From Magallana gigas (Eukaryota): a DNA stretch of 64,000 nt. Shown here in pieces: positions 24,383 through 38,872 of the stretch. The notes below the pieces were generated by a model that saw only the letters and a program-made list of their open reading frames with translations, did not search any database and was not told where the DNA came from. Positions within the stretch are counted from its first letter, which is position 1; each line of letters begins with the position of its first letter. The stretch covers positions 44,950,001-45,014,000 of the forward strand of contig NC_088856.1 in the NCBI RefSeq assembly GCF_963853765.1, given 5' to 3'. A program made the position numbers and the translations under genes.

Positions 24383-25958
24383 TCTCAATAATTGTTATCA
24401 TAGTTAGGGTTAACTTAGCTTTTCTTTTTTAGTACATGTAACGTAAACTGCCGTTCCAATGGGGAAAAATGAAATTCCTTCATGATGCATATATATATAT
24501 TTGCAAGTATTTGAGGTTTATTTTGTTGATGTTACGTTTGCCAGTGAAAACATCGTAATAAATCAGATAAATAGGTAGGGCCCCCACTCCCCTATTTACA
24601 TAATCTGGGTACAAGGAATTGTCATTGTATTAGATAAATAGGTCGGACTGTGTGTTACATAAGTAATAAAAACGTATGTATTTCAAACTAATATAATTGG
24701 TGTTTGCAAAGGAACATCTAAAACATTCCGTGACGAATATGAATTCCTTGTTTTGAGTTAGACTTGTTTTATATTGATAGTTTTATTCACAATATGACCA
24801 AAAAATGGCAAGTATCAATAAAATATTTGATGGGTTTTGCGTGTGAATATAGAATTCTTTCCAACATCCCCCCCCCCCCGAAAAAAAAAAAACCCAAAAA
24901 AACCAAAACAAAGAGATTTAACTACTGGTGTAATAGCATTTTAATTACTCAAAAGCTAAAAATAAATGAGAGAAAACATTCCGTTGGAAATGCAACCTTT
25001 AAGCCGTCAAACCATGATGAATGCATTTGAATATTTTAAGGTTTTTCATAATAATGTATTTATATTATCGAGATAAAAACAAAACCAGCAAAAGTTGATA
25101 TATTGTTATTCAGAGATTTTAATTAGAAATTGGGTGTTCAAAAGAAGGACAATTAAGAAGATAAATTTCTATAATGAACAAATAATAAAATAAGCCATGC
25201 GTGTTTTGAAGGATGTTTTTTTCAAAGAAAGCAAATATTTACTTTCTAAAAGGCTTAATAAATGATATGCTACATTCAAAACAGGACACAGCACAATTAA
25301 ACTAATATTGAAACCATATGTATATCATAAACGAATAAACACTAATGCCATGAACAATCTTTCTGAAGAGTCCACTAATATTTCTAAATTATATACATGT
25401 AATTTCCTCGGACTAGTTATAATCGCTGCACCATTTATATGCATGCAATGTTAAATGCACAATGTTTGTTTCGCGAAACTCCCTTTAAATAATAGATGTT
25501 TAACATAGATTTCAGGTTCAAAGGATGTTATGCTCAATAGGCTATTGTACATCTCCTTTCTTGAATCAAAGTTCTGATAGTACTGAAATAAAAGTTAGCG
25601 ATCACTCCTTATTCAATTTAAAAAGTTGTCAAATTATGGGAATCAGCCTCCATTTTAAGCCGCATGCTACAAGAAATTTAGGAAAGGGCTATTGTTGATG
25701 GAATTTGTGATGACAATTATGTTGAATATTAGAAATTAGAAAATTCTCAAACTCTAGTCAATGGGATTCTTAGTTTTTATGTGCTCATAAGATTTTACTT
25801 CTAAACAACTTCCTTATTTCCAACACTACTTACGATGACTTTATTTTAGTAGTATCTACGCAGAAAACAGGGAAATCACGACGAATACTTGTATTGTTGA
25901 TCACATTATATAACATTATACTCTAGGATACTATAGTGAAAAGACCGATATATCTGTC

Positions 25959-28900
25959 ATGGGTGGACTTTGGAGTAAAGATGAACCGCGGAGTAAAGCT
26001 GAACCGCCTCAAGGTATTATATACTCTGATTTTATTTCCTTCTAAGATGAAGATTTAAGGAAAAAGATATGTCGTGAAATTTTGACTGAAAATCAGACAA
26101 CTGTTAAATTTAGATGAAAGGTCACCTACATCTTTATTGTCTAACATTTCTTTCAGTTTCAAACAACGGTAAAACAACAACATCGATCATTGAACTCCAG
26201 GAGGCCTCATGCGATGAATATATGTTTGATACTACAGGTAAATAAAGTTGATTTATTTCATATTAATATCTTTTACATCTTGCGAGAGGATGTTCAGTCT
26301 TGATTTGTAAAACCATACGATGGTAGGTTTCTTAACATGACTTTCGCACCTATTGGATAAATACGTTCCCAACGAAAAAAGAATGTTCATTGATTGTTTA
26401 AGCTATTTATTTGGAATTGAAAGGATAGAATATCGTATTGAAAAGTGTATAATCCCATTTGCTGTATGTTTCAAAAGCAAAGAAACCATTCCAAGAACAA
26501 TAAACTTATATCAAGATTAAGGTCTCATATAACACTTACAGAAACCACATTTTGTACGATGAGTTTAAAAAATCGGCATTGACTTTGATTTTTCTACAAA
26601 AGAGAAGCGAACGATATTGACGCACTCTAATTCCTGTAAAAAGTTTACTTTAAAGCTGCTCATGGCTAGTAAATAGGCACTATCCGCCATATTTCTTTTT
26701 TATCAACGCTATCCCTATAACCTGTCTATAAGCCACAGTCCTCTTAGCAGTGTTAAGTATTTCGCTGCAGAGGTCTCACCTATGTGGACGTACACCTTGT
26801 CTTGTGTTACTCAGTCGCAATGAAATTATCAAATTCTACGCATTTCTTTTAAGCCAGAAAAATACTTGCATCAAATAAACAGGCCAAAATTTATTATTTA
26901 ACAGAATATGCACATAAAATAAGAATTAAATGCATAAAATCCAAAGACCACGAGATGAATACTACACGTCGGGCACGAGTTTCAGGTGTGCAATCGGGTG
27001 AAATGAAATCGATAGGTTTATATAGCACTACAGAGGATATCGTGAAGAAAAATCCGTGACATAGCATGCGACATTTTTTATTTCCATAAATCTAGACAGT
27101 AGACAATTTTAGCTTTGCAATAACACCCCTGCGAATGTTATTGTCATTTAAATTTTAGACCACGTGGTTTTTTTTTACCCTTTCAGTTTCACAGTAAAAA
27201 TCATGCCTCGTGTAACCACTATACAATAGAGATTGTAGACTGAATCAGCAACCATGATTTTCGTTGAGTTCATTTTTTTAAAACAAATGTACAGAATCAA
27301 ATTATATTTAAGAAAAAATATTCATATAGATGTATTTCATTGTGTTTGTACCAATTTTTACAAACAAATTTACTATCATGAATCAATCATCTATGCTTCT
27401 ACCTGGTTCTTACAAATAGCTGTATTTAAAAGATTTTCATGTTTTAACATAAATCAAAGTAAGATATGATATAAAAAATAACCAGTACTTATGTATTTTG
27501 AGAATATTATCCGAACACTTATACTTCCGCTCGAAATTTCACAGGAACTGATCAAATCTCGGTGAAGTCTCGTGAACTGTCATTTGAGCATCTCTGGATA
27601 TATTACATACTTGGCAATGATAAAGAAAACATTCCGAACACATTCGCAAACCAACTTCGAACACGATTGTTACGCTATATATCACTTCAAATCCTGGTAA
27701 CAGACGTATGTTCAGTTGTTGCCGGTATATCCTCAACATTGATTTTAAGAAACACAAATAATGTTCGTAGTATAAGTTATAATGATTTTTTCCCGTGTCC
27801 ATTACCTAGACTTGATTTCTATATGAATAATGTAATGTTGTATTACATTTTTTGAATGTTTATAATTTCAGGATGTAATATAACAATACAGGGAAAGTTA
27901 CTGTTAGTTTTGGATTCCATCAACTCGACTTTAAGAAATTATTTCTCATGTTTTTGTGAAGTTGTCCAAGCACGACTCAATAACACCAATGTGACGATCG
28001 AAATAATGGCTGGCGGAAACCAAACGTCATGTAGCAATCCTGATATCCATTCAAATGTGGATGAAGCCCTTCTTGAAGAAAATCTGAAAGATCTTAATTT
28101 AGTATATGAACCCCAAGACAGATACGCAGGCATGGCGGTATTGCTAACTGACCGCGGATTCACCTCCGAAAACTTTTCAGCATTGTCGGAAGATCAGGAA
28201 CCCTATGTGTATGTCGTTAATTTTGGTGAAAATGAAAGTGAAAATAGCTCTTGCCTTCGTCAGTTTAGACAATTAGAGGATATTGCGCAGATAAGCGATA
28301 TTGGACTGGAACTGGAATCAATGGCGTGTAATCGTATGTAACTTTATTCTGATTTGTATGATAATTCGGCTAAACATTGAAGAAAAATGCTACAATATTG
28401 CACTTGTCACAATTTAAGTTTACTGTGCACCCGACCATTTTCTTTAAAGTTGTTAAAACCAAAAAAATAAGGATATTTTTTCCATTATTTCACAACATAC
28501 ATAAAGAAAATCAATCGATAGTATGTAAGTTTTGCCGACGACTAATTTTTCTGTGTGGAGAGTTTTGTAGAGTAAGCTGATTATATTAAATTAGCATTCT
28601 TTAAAACGTTATTACAATACATGTAAACATTTCATTATAAAGTTTTATGCAAGCCGACCTTGAATTTGTGAACAGAACCTGTAGGCCTTAGAGTACATGT
28701 TTAAATCAATATCAAGGGATTTGATCAACTTTCAGCTTAAAACAATGCAATCCAAATGCCTGAAGTAATATTTAGGCCAAATTTTAGAATACTTTTTCTC
28801 TCTTTATAGTAAACTGTATCACTGATCCCCATTTTTATAATGTCAGTTACAATCTGAGAATAGATTTAAACAAACTACATTGAATTAAAAAAAATGATAT

Positions 28901-31034
28901 TCAGAAAGATTCTATCTGAAATTGAAATGATACTTTTGAAAAAAAAGTCAGTTTAAAGTGCAAAAAGGTTATAAAATTTGTGCAGCTTAATATATGATGA
29001 TTTTTCTTCTTGCATACCATATACAATCTGATCATTGAGCATAATTGAAAAAAACCCAAGAACAAACAAAAATCCTTAAAAATGAAAAAAAAAAGCTTAA
29101 AAAAAGGGAAAAGGTCCTTTTAGATAATTTGTCACATTTACATGTATGTTTTAATATGTTACTCATATCAGAGTGTAAAAAAAGTCTTTCAGAAGTATGT
29201 CATTTCTGTTTTTGTACCTAGCTGTTTAGATTAATATACTTTTCTTGAGATATATGATGCAATTTTACAATCAGTCACTTTTAACATCTCAAAGTTACTG
29301 TAGTGTTTTGGCAGCAACAGTTATCTATTAACTGTAAACCACAAATCTTACCTGAATGTTTTTTTGGAACGTTTTGATAGTAAATTGTATTTCTTTTACA
29401 CAGCTAGAAGTTTTTATATGAACAATACCTGTGTGCGTGAAATACCAAGTTCATCCACCCCTTCTTTGGGAGTTAATCAAGGTATTTTCTTTTAAATTAG
29501 AAGGTTGCACTCTACAGGAAAAAATATTCTCTGACATATTGCTTTAATTTGTATTCAATTTTGGGGAGATTTATAGCTGTGTGCACCTAAAGTTTTTTTT
29601 GTTTTTTTTTGGTTTTCTTTTCTTGTCTTTCTTAACATACCTTTTTAGTTGAAATAATTTGAACAACGTACATATAAGTTTACACGACACTTTTAATTCA
29701 TGGAGACTAAGTGGTCAACAAATTAATTATAAATCTGGCTTAATCATTTTATTATGATATTTTTACTATACCCAGTTATTAAGTAAAGAAAATATCAAAT
29801 CGTTTTGGCTTTTTTTGAACATTTTCCTATATCTTTATAAAAAGCTATTCCGCTGTAGATGGTAAATTTAGCCTAAGATATCCACAACCATTTAGGTCCC
29901 TTAATATTGGCCAGGGAAACATCCTTGTAAATCAACAGAAAAAACAATTTCGTGACACTGAAGTTTTTGTTTATAAATGAACAATGTTTTGCTCCAATGT
30001 AAGATAGACTGCCTGCAAATACTTCAATAGAATATGAAACCTTCAATCATTAATTCGTTTCATCTGGTGAAAAGCTTATTGAAATGCCAAAATGTATTTC
30101 TCAATATTTAAATTTATTTATTTATTTTTTCTTCTTTAACATACAGATCTATAAATGACAGGTACTACCTTACTATCAAATTGTAAATGTTGTACTTAAA
30201 CCCACTCAGTAAGTTCAATATTCTTAATTATCAGTATGGCATCACTTTGATTACTAGTAACTTTTATTTGGTTAGTGGCTAGTTTGCCATTGCTCATTTC
30301 GAGTGTTGTGGCTGCTTTGGTCATGGTTGTTTTCATCATCCTGTTCTTTGCCAAAAAATGTAAAAGACGAGAAATGTGTAGGAGCAAGAACACAGATATG
30401 GAAAACTCTGCTGTAAACAGTGGGGTAGGTTTTTCAATCAATTCATTTATTTGACAATTAATCACAACTATAACGTAAAGGAAATACTGAAATGCATGTT
30501 CTGCAATACAAAATAACAATTTTTGGGCATATTAAATGTTTATTTATATCAGTCACGGCTGATACGATACAATCTGATTGAGCCTGTAAATACTTCAATG
30601 AATCCACGACTGATCGCGTTGAAACCAAGTCAACTAGCATTTTAGGTCACCTGATTCACGAAGGCGACTTATTGCGATTGGTCTTCCTTAGTTGTCGTAT
30701 GTCGTCCGTTTACAATTTTACATTTTTAAATTTATTCTCTAAAACTACAAGGTCAAATGGGTTTTAAAAATCTCAATGATAAAAAAAAAAATCTAAATTT
30801 GCAATTTATAACACAAGCGCGTACGGTTCTTCATAGGCGGGGTCAAATATGAAGAACAGGAAGCTTTTGAAAAGTATTCTTCTCTTCGCTTAGACTTGTT
30901 GGATTAAAAATAAATGCATGATCTATGAAGCCCTTAGCCAAATTTGTGAAATCCATGGCCCCTGTGTCAAGGGGTTCAGGTCCTATGGTGGGGCCAATAT
31001 GGCCATATAGTAATATATGATAAATCTTGGAGAA

Positions 31035-31107
<73 letters not shown>

Positions 31108-32164
31108 ATATACCCTCCGCCTAAAATGTGCAATGCATGAATCCTTGGTTAAGTGTTCAGGTTCTTGGGTTGGGCTAAAATCACCACATTATGAAAATGT
31201 ATTTTTTAAAATTTTCTTCTGCACTTCTACAGTCTTGAACGATAAAGTAACTGCATTGTTAATTATCTTCATAATTCAATGTCCTCTTCTTAAAAATTGT
31301 AAAATTCACTGATCATGGGTGTGAGGCTATTCATTGTTTATGGGAGGGGGGGGGGTGTATATTGTACGACAATATAGTAAGCATTCTTTTGGTCCCTTGA
31401 GTCACCCAATTAGCCATTAATCACTAGTCCTGCGTCGTCAGCTCACAATTTTATATTTTTAACTTCATCTTAAAACTACAAGGTAAATTCTCACTTGGCC
31501 CTTTGAAATTAATAAGTGTTCTATTTTAGTAAATCTAATTCAATTTACTATGCATATGTGCATTATAAACGAAACTGTGAATATTAAAGGACATTAAAGT
31601 ATAAAGGAGTGTAGGTCTCTTTTGACCAAAAGTTTGTAATCTTTTGGTCCTTGAAGCTAATATATACGTTATCCGAGACTCCTCTAAGGTTTGCGCGCTC
31701 CCTTTTTCATGAATTGACGTTTGTAAACATGAAATGAAAAACTCGGTTGCTACAGAGAAGTCTTGGATGATTGTATAGGCTCTCCAAAATAAAGCTTAAA
31801 AAGACTCTCTAACAGGTCCAAATGGCTATAGTACTCGCCGAGGCATGTGGGTCTTTTGTTTCATAACTATTTTGCAAACATATGAAATGCATGATATAAA
31901 AAAAAAAACAATTCTTTGAGATTTTTTCATACATGTTATTCATTGCAGTTTGGGACTCAGGAAGGTTCTGAAATTGGCCTTTTGCCTGTAAACGATACAT
32001 ACAATGAACTTCGGGAACACGAGAAACGGACAAATGACGATGGGAATCAGGAAAACTATCACCATTTGGATTTGACTTTTGTTAAAGAGAAGATTGACCC
32101 TTCACAGTATGATCATGTGACCAATAAAAGTGGTCCTTACGAGTTTGTTATATCACCTGGCTGA
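25959..32164 (+). CDS. Gene B: single-pass membrane receptor-like protein with a degenerate vWA-like ectodomain, TM helix and tyrosine-motif tail (about 346 aa in the simplest model)
   Basis: Exons 25959-26013, 26157-26237, 27872-28333, 29404-29481, 30276-30424, 31949-32164 join in frame. vWA-like strands KLLLVLDS, MAVLLTDRG and YVYVVNFG, with many N-x-S/T sequons. TM is LPLLISSVVAALVMVVFIILFFA followed by KKCKRR. The tail has YNEL, YHHL, SQYDHV and YEFV. The 5' exon structure is uncertain, with other open segments at 27254-27458 and 27545-27852. Confidence 0.6.
30640..31500 (+). mobile_element. Probable Helitron/Helentron-derived non-autonomous element (HINE-like) with internal satellite-like units and a (CT)n tract
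   Basis: Starts TTTTAGGTCACCTGA...GTCGTCCG and has repeated GGGGTTCAGG..GGGCCAATATGGCCATATAGT-like units. The family assignment is from recollection of bivalve repeats. Confidence 0.45.
31038..31104. repeat. (CT)n microsatellite
   Basis: Direct reading. Confidence 0.95.
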
Positions 32165-34593
32165 GAGTCCATTTCATCGTTTTATCATTCACCATTCTTT
32201 TAAAACAATAACAATAAAGAGAACTATATATTTATTTTCACTCACTGATGACGCCAGCATATATTAATGTAAAAAATGTATACATTATATGACTTTCTTC
32301 TCCCAAAATAATGACATTACATTTTTGTTCGACTTTTATTAAATACTAGTATATGCCTAATTGGTCATTATGAAAAAAGAAATTGACCTCGCCTTTCATT
32401 TGACCTCGCCTTTCATGTATATGGAATCATAAATCACAGAATTCATTGTTCCCTATTTTATATATACAAGTATATTTTTACAAAGTTCGAGTTTAAAAAA
32501 AAACCCATTGATTGATGATATATATTCAATCGAAAATGGTTTGTTAAAGAAAAACATAACTGAAGAATTGCAGTTGAAAAATATTTTTTCTATTGATAAA
32601 AATGCAGGGTTAGGAATTTTGAAGGACACCGGCAAGACATTAATAACAAATTACATGTATAATGTTCCAGTGATAGAAATCGTATTTTTTGTGTTGATTA
32701 TGATATGCTCCACCAAGCTTTTTTCTTTTAAATTAATAAACTCTCACTCTTTGAAATATTTATACGGTTTGTGATTTTTCTTTAAATTAGCGTTTGTGTT
32801 AAATTTGCAACACGCCACGCATTTTAGAGTGCATGTGCAAAGTCGAAATACAAGTAACTCTGTCACTGACACTCCCTTACTAAATAAAATACAAGCTTCA
32901 AAAGAGAAGAATGACAGTATTTTCTTTGTGTATTGTGAAGTACGTTTTATATAAAACACTTAATTCATTGTTGCATTCTATTAATGACCTGGTGCACACG
33001 GTGCATATAAGTACAATATAGGATGAGCTCTGTTAAAAAATTCACTTCATTCTTGATATTCAGTTTACCACAGTCAACGATCAAATAAATGAATCAGCGT
33101 ACTCACAGTTTGTACTTGTGTAGCTAATTCGTTTCTCTCCAAATAAACAGCGTTCTTATAAACATACTTTTCTAAATTTATACTTTAAAATATATATTTG
33201 CAAATTATAAATAATTGAATAGACATTTACATAATACTAAAGAAAATGCATTAAATCAATATTTGATATCTTAAAATATGTTCAAAATGTATATTATTTA
33301 GATAAATCAACAGAAGAAATATTACAAACAGTTACGGTTCAAAGGTTCCCCTAAGTCTACTTTCTCGAAGTATTTTTCTGCCAGTAGATGCTAATATTTG
33401 GTGCAATTGATTTTTCTATAGCCAAAAATTGTATCATGCTGTTTTCATATTCTTCATGAATAAACGATGCCACCCCCCCCCCTCCCCCCCCCCCTCCCCC
33501 CATTGTCCTCTCTTGTAGAAAAAGAAAAAATCAAACTTGAAATATATGAGATGAAAGACAATTAACCATACTTCTGATGCGTCTTTCCTCACTGCTTCTC
33601 ATACGGTATTTACATGTAACTGCTTATTGTAGAAAATGCTGTAGATTTTTTGATCAGATAGAACATATTTGAATGATTAAAACGAAAAATAAAATGTGTT
33701 TACAAACCAGAACCTCTCGAAATAAATTTATTAATAACTTAAAGATTAACAGCAACTTCATGTTTTGTTTCAATCACCCCGAATCTAAGGTAGATTGATT
33801 CAGTTAAACAATGAAATGCTATCGTTGATGATTCATTCGGGATATGAAGGTAGCGACATTGCAGAAAAAAATACATAACCTGCGTTAGCGAATCATCAAG
33901 GAAAGCATTTTAATGTTTATATTAATATCTTTCTTTTAACTAATTAATAAATTGATTTTGAAAAAGAGTTAGTAAAATTCACGAAATTACTGTTAACGTA
34001 CATAAGTACGTTAGCTAAAAGAAACGTCCACATCGTATCATGTGAAACTTTGGGTCTGACAACACGATGAATATTTGTGCAGTCCGTGATTTTCCTTTGG
34101 TCGCTGTAGGTTTCGACCAATCGATAAAAGGCGTGTCAATTTCATACCTGTCAGTTTCTTGTCAGTTTCAGCCGCTGTAGATTTCGACCAATTGATTAAA
34201 TAGGGCGTGTATATTTCAGACTAGTTGTTTCTATAGAGCTAAGGATTAACTTTAAGTTTCCGTAAGAAATAGAAGAATTAAAACTTGGTAGATGTAAATA
34301 TAATATAATATCAAGTTTAAACTTTCTAAAAAAAACTTTGCAAGATTCTTTTTGATAATTTAAAAAAAAAAACTTTACAAATCTGCTTGCTTCATTACAT
34401 TTTGTATTTGTAAAGATTAGATATAACTATACAAACTATTGTGATTACTATATAGCAGTCTGGGGGCGAAAATACATAGATACCTTTTTGTTATTAAGCT
34501 TCTACATTTCAATATTTATATTTTGTTGAAAGAGATGTCGATTCTGCAATTGAAATAATCTGAAGAATTTTGAAGAAGATATTTTTTATATCA

Positions 34594-34929
34594 AAGTGGC
34601 TTACTACACCTTGAAATAGTTTCTCAAATCAACAGATAATTTCTTGATTACGATAGAAAGGATGAAAATATAAGTAAAATAGGCGAAAAAAAAATGTGTA
34701 ACGTTGTATAAAAATTTGTATTCTAAAAAATTTAATTCAGTAAGTGTGAACAAAGCCCCAGTCAGATTCAAATTCATGATCTGCGGTTCACAAACCCGAT
34801 ACTTTAAACACTGAGCTATGAAGACATTCAACCTAAACAATATATACAAACAAGTTAACAAAATATTTAAATCGCCATCTTGTGACCTAGTATCTTGAAT
34901 AGTAGAAGTCTAGGTGAAGTAGGGTACCT
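34594..34929. mobile_element. Second, more degenerate copy of the tRNA-containing TIR element
   Basis: Colinear similarity to 21719-22064, including the tRNA-like segment at 34755-34820. Confidence 0.7.
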
Positions 34930-36127
34930 ACACAGTCAATAAGAGGCATTAACTGTACATTTTCTTTTTTTCATCGCCTCATAAGTTTGGCATCCAAACC
35001 TCGATCATTTATGAGATCGCAATATAAATATTTTGATACCGTAAACAAATTGACATTGATTTTTTTCCCCTCTGTAATACAAAAAAGTTCTTAATTAGTG
35101 TACAATTCGTAATAAAATACCGATGTTTTCAAAGTTAAAATATTATCACAGTCTCTGTTTTTATCAAATATTTAAGAAATGATGACTTCAAATTAAAAAT
35201 CCAAAATATATAGTTTAAAATTCTCTCTTGAAAGAAAAAAATGGTTCATCAGGTTCATTACATTGAACATATTTAAGCTTTATGCCTCCACTAAAACATT
35301 TAACATGCAAAAATTATTTATATATGCTTAATTATATAAAATGTTGCTTTGGAGTTTAAAAAAAAAGACTTTAACCTAACAACAACCCAGGTGATATCAG
35401 CAGTAGGATAAGCAGCTTATCAAAGGACTCCTTTAGCAGGTAATGAATTGCTTTTGATCGAGAGGATTTGAGATATTTAATGTATCATTAACAAAAAAAA
35501 GTTTAACAAAAAGCGAAGCGAAAAATGCAGATAAATACATAGTTATTTTTCATTCTTTAACACGAAACTTCAACGGCAATGTCCAAATAAAAAATTAAAG
35601 AATCATGAAAACTATACGCATGTTGCGTCTTTTTTATTTTGCATGAACCTATTTCGCGACAAAGTCCAAAAAAAATGGAATTTAGTTATTGTTATTCATG
35701 TCCACGTCGTTGAAACAGAAAGTTTCAAAGCATTCAGATAAGATTTAAAACAGAGGACACGTTTCTTGCGTATACTAAGAAAATTTTATAAAGTTCATCG
35801 TCGCAACGATCAGAAACAATGCACTATTTTTTTCAAACATTAGATTCATTGTTCTTAGAACATCAATAAGTCAATACACTCCTACAATGACGTCAACGTA
35901 TCTCTTGTTATATACATGCTTAAAGTACATGTAAAGACAGCGTTTAAATATGTTGCCATTTGCGTTTAAAGGAAAAACAACGTTAAATTGTTTAGCAACA
36001 GAGTCGAGAACAGTGTGCATAACATCATCGATATTAGAGTAGTATATTTTCTTATCCAATCGTATTCAAGAAAAACACTTCTTGGATTTGTTTGATAAGA
36101 TTTCAAACATCAAACATAAGACCTTGC

Positions 36128-36380
36128 CCTACACAGGGCGAAAAACATCATTTAAGCAAGTCCTTAAAGGCGGCTTAAAGATGGCGTACATGTAAAGGTG
36201 GCTTAAAGGACATACAATCTTTAAGCCACCTTTAAGTCACCTTTAAGCCGAGCTTATAGGTCCTTAATGTCCAGAATTCTTTAAGGCGCCTTTAAGCCAT
36301 CTTTAAGCCACGTTTAAGCATTTACGCTCCCTTTAAGTTGTCTTTACAGTCACTATCTTTTAGTTCCCTTTAAGCCAAGT
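36128..36380. repeat. Array of CTTTAAG/CTTAAAG heptamers (possible transposon subterminal array)
   Basis: More than ten copies in both orientations; a similar cluster lies at about 40150-40225. Confidence 0.55.
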
Positions 36381-36685
36381 TTGATCAAGCTGAACAACAA
36401 AAACATATATTAAATGCAAAAGCTCTTTTATAGGGATGGAAGGGGATGATCCCAGTGATGATATAATATCCAAGGAAGGGGGGTGTTCCAGGCGGTTTTA
36501 ATTGTCGCTGCATTGAGCACAGATCGCTATCATCAACACCGCTCCAATGGACACAGATTGTTCTTATAAAATTCTTTATAATTTTTTTTTTTGCTTTCAG
36601 AGTTATTGTAGGGGTGAGCGCAGTCTCTGATCTATATCTGTGCATGAAATTATATTAAAGTATGTTTGTTTCCTATCATAAATTA

Positions 36686-36990
36686 NNNNNNNNNNNNNNN
36701 NNNNNNNNNNNNNNNNNNNNNNNNNNNNNNNNNNNNNNNNNNNNNNNNNNNNNNNNNNNNNNNNNNNNNNNNNNNNNNNNNNNNNNNNNNNNNNNNNNNN
36801 NNNNNNNNNNNNNNNNNNNNNNNNNNNNNNNNNNNNNNNNNNNNNNNNNNNNNNNNNNNNNNNNNNNNNNNNNNNNNNNNNNNNNNNNNNNNNNNNNNNN
36901 NNNNNNNNNNNNNNNNNNNNNNNNNNNNNNNNNNNNNNNNNNNNNNNNNNNNNNNNNNNNNNNNNNNNNNNNNNNNNNNNNNNNNNNNNN
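36686..36990. other. Assembly gap (N run), followed by a 25-bp tandem repeat at 37000-37048
   Basis: Run of N, then GTTGAGCGAAATTAATCAACAGTTT twice. Confidence 0.95.
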
Positions 36991-37255
36991 GGGGGGGGTG
37001 TTGAGCGAAATTAATCAACAGTTTGTTGAGCGAAATTAATCAACAGTTCTACAACATCGTCACACGCCCTATCAGATGTACATGTATTCTTCTAGGGGCA
37101 ACATTAATTTGTGCTTATATATTTTCTTAATAAACTTCCTGCTCTACTGATTCTAGTATGGAGATAGAGAGTAATGGACTCAAAAGAACACCAAACATGT
37201 CTGTATATACAATAGGTTCATTGTGTTATGACGATGACTTTTTGCATTACATATA

Positions 37256-37429
37256 CAGTAAAACACGGTTATAGCGAACACGCTTTTAATGAATTGACGC
37301 TTACAGCGAAGTGAATTTCATTCCCCAAGTCTCTATTTCATGTTGTAAACTTGACGGATATAACGAATTACGCTTATAACGAAGTTAAATTGCCCATCCC
37401 TGGGACTTCGTTATAAGCGTGTTTTACTG
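37256..37429. mobile_element. 174-bp MITE with TA target duplication (Tc1/mariner-like)
   Basis: TA|CAGTAAAACAC...GTGTTTTACTG|TA. Confidence 0.8.
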
Positions 37430-38783
37430 TACATGTACCTTAAGTTCTTTATCTTGACTTGGCGCCTCGTCATATAGTGTCTGGGAGAACTTGACGTCAC
37501 TGATTGGGTCAGCGTCACCATGGAGAGCGAGGAATGGCCAACTCACCAATTTTAGGTTTCTTGGATTTTTGCCGCGCAGTCAAGCCAGGCTTTTCCAAGT
37601 CTGCAAAGGGATATGTAGAGAAAAAAACCGATATGAATTAATCCAACTGATAATACATGTATAACAAATCCCATTAAACTCTTAAGGCCAATATTATTTT
37701 ATATTATCAATCAATATAATAAACAAATGGCGTTGTTTGTTTTTGTTTTTGTTTGTTGTTTTTTTGTCAATTTCAATATTAAACAGTTTGAACATCTATC
37801 ATATTGTGTGTTTACAGTGGTTGCTTGTTTTATTTTCATAGATATATGGAGTGAAATCAATCTTTATCTTAGATTTCTGTATGCTATACTTAACCCTGCT
37901 TTAAATGCCGAGTGGAACATGGGATCATTCCTAATGCTCTCAACCTGTAATCAAAGTACTGAAGAACTGACGGGAGTTGATTTTGTCGATGTTTATTCAT
38001 TTTAAAATCAATGATATGCTATTTTGCATGACAGGTACATGTTGTTTCTAATTTGAATTAAGGTAGCTCCATACTCGTAAAATTCTCTGAGGAAAGTTGA
38101 AAAACTGAACTGATTTCGACTTAATAGACTTAAATGTCATCAATTGTTAGAAAAAATATACATGTCATCACACTTTTTGAGATGCCAGATAAACATAAAC
38201 TAAAGCATATTTTAGCATTAGAAAAATGTATTTTTTTTCTGTTAGAGGTAAAATCTTGTAGGCAGAAATTTGTTTTTCTTGTTTAATTTTAATGTCAACT
38301 TTATCAGAAAACTGAAATTACAAAAATATTTTAAAATTAATCGTTGGAATAAGAATAAGAAAAACTATAGCATTTAGACATACAACTGAGAGAAAAGTCA
38401 GAAAAAGAGTTATTTCCCCTTTGCATAAATAAAATATATAAAAATTTGGAAATTTAGTATAAAATTAAGTGCGAAAATATCTTTAACCTACCAATAATTC
38501 TAATTACATCCATGTGATTATATTCACATAAAATAAATAAAACTATCTTGCACAATTTTTATAGAATTCAAAGTTTTACAAAAATGTGTGACGACACAGA
38601 ACACTGGATCTACTTTAAGCACAGTTTTATAATATGTAGTGGACTTTTTCGACAAGAATGTCGAGAAACCCCCATATGAATCATGTTAAATAATATTTAA
38701 AGATAATATTAATTCAATCAAACTATGTATCAGTGATAGAAATATTTCTCGAAAATTGTATAGATCCAAGCAATATTGAACTC

Positions 38784-38872
38784 TAGTCTCGTTCAACCAA
38801 ACGTATGGCTGACACCGTAAATCTCCGACAAGGATTTACAGAGACAGCCGAGCGTCGAGTTGAACGAGACTA
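38784..38872. mobile_element. 89-bp TIR element with about 10-bp target duplication
   Basis: TAGTCTCGTTCAAC...GTTGAACGAGACTA, flanked by TATTGAACTC (38774) and TATTGAACAC (38873). Confidence 0.75.

Noticed and set aside
32508-32774. ORF MIDDIYSIENGLLKKNITEELQLK...
   Set aside because: Looks mildly protein-like and may be an exon, but I found no convincing splice partners or family resemblance.
13609-37039. ORFs spanning the N gaps (13609-13896, 13688-13876, 36662-37039 and overlapping ones)
   Set aside because: Open only because N codons contain no stops.
37456-37601. MITE with GACTTGG/CCAAGTC ends
   Set aside because: The inverted match is only about 7 bp with no clear target duplication.
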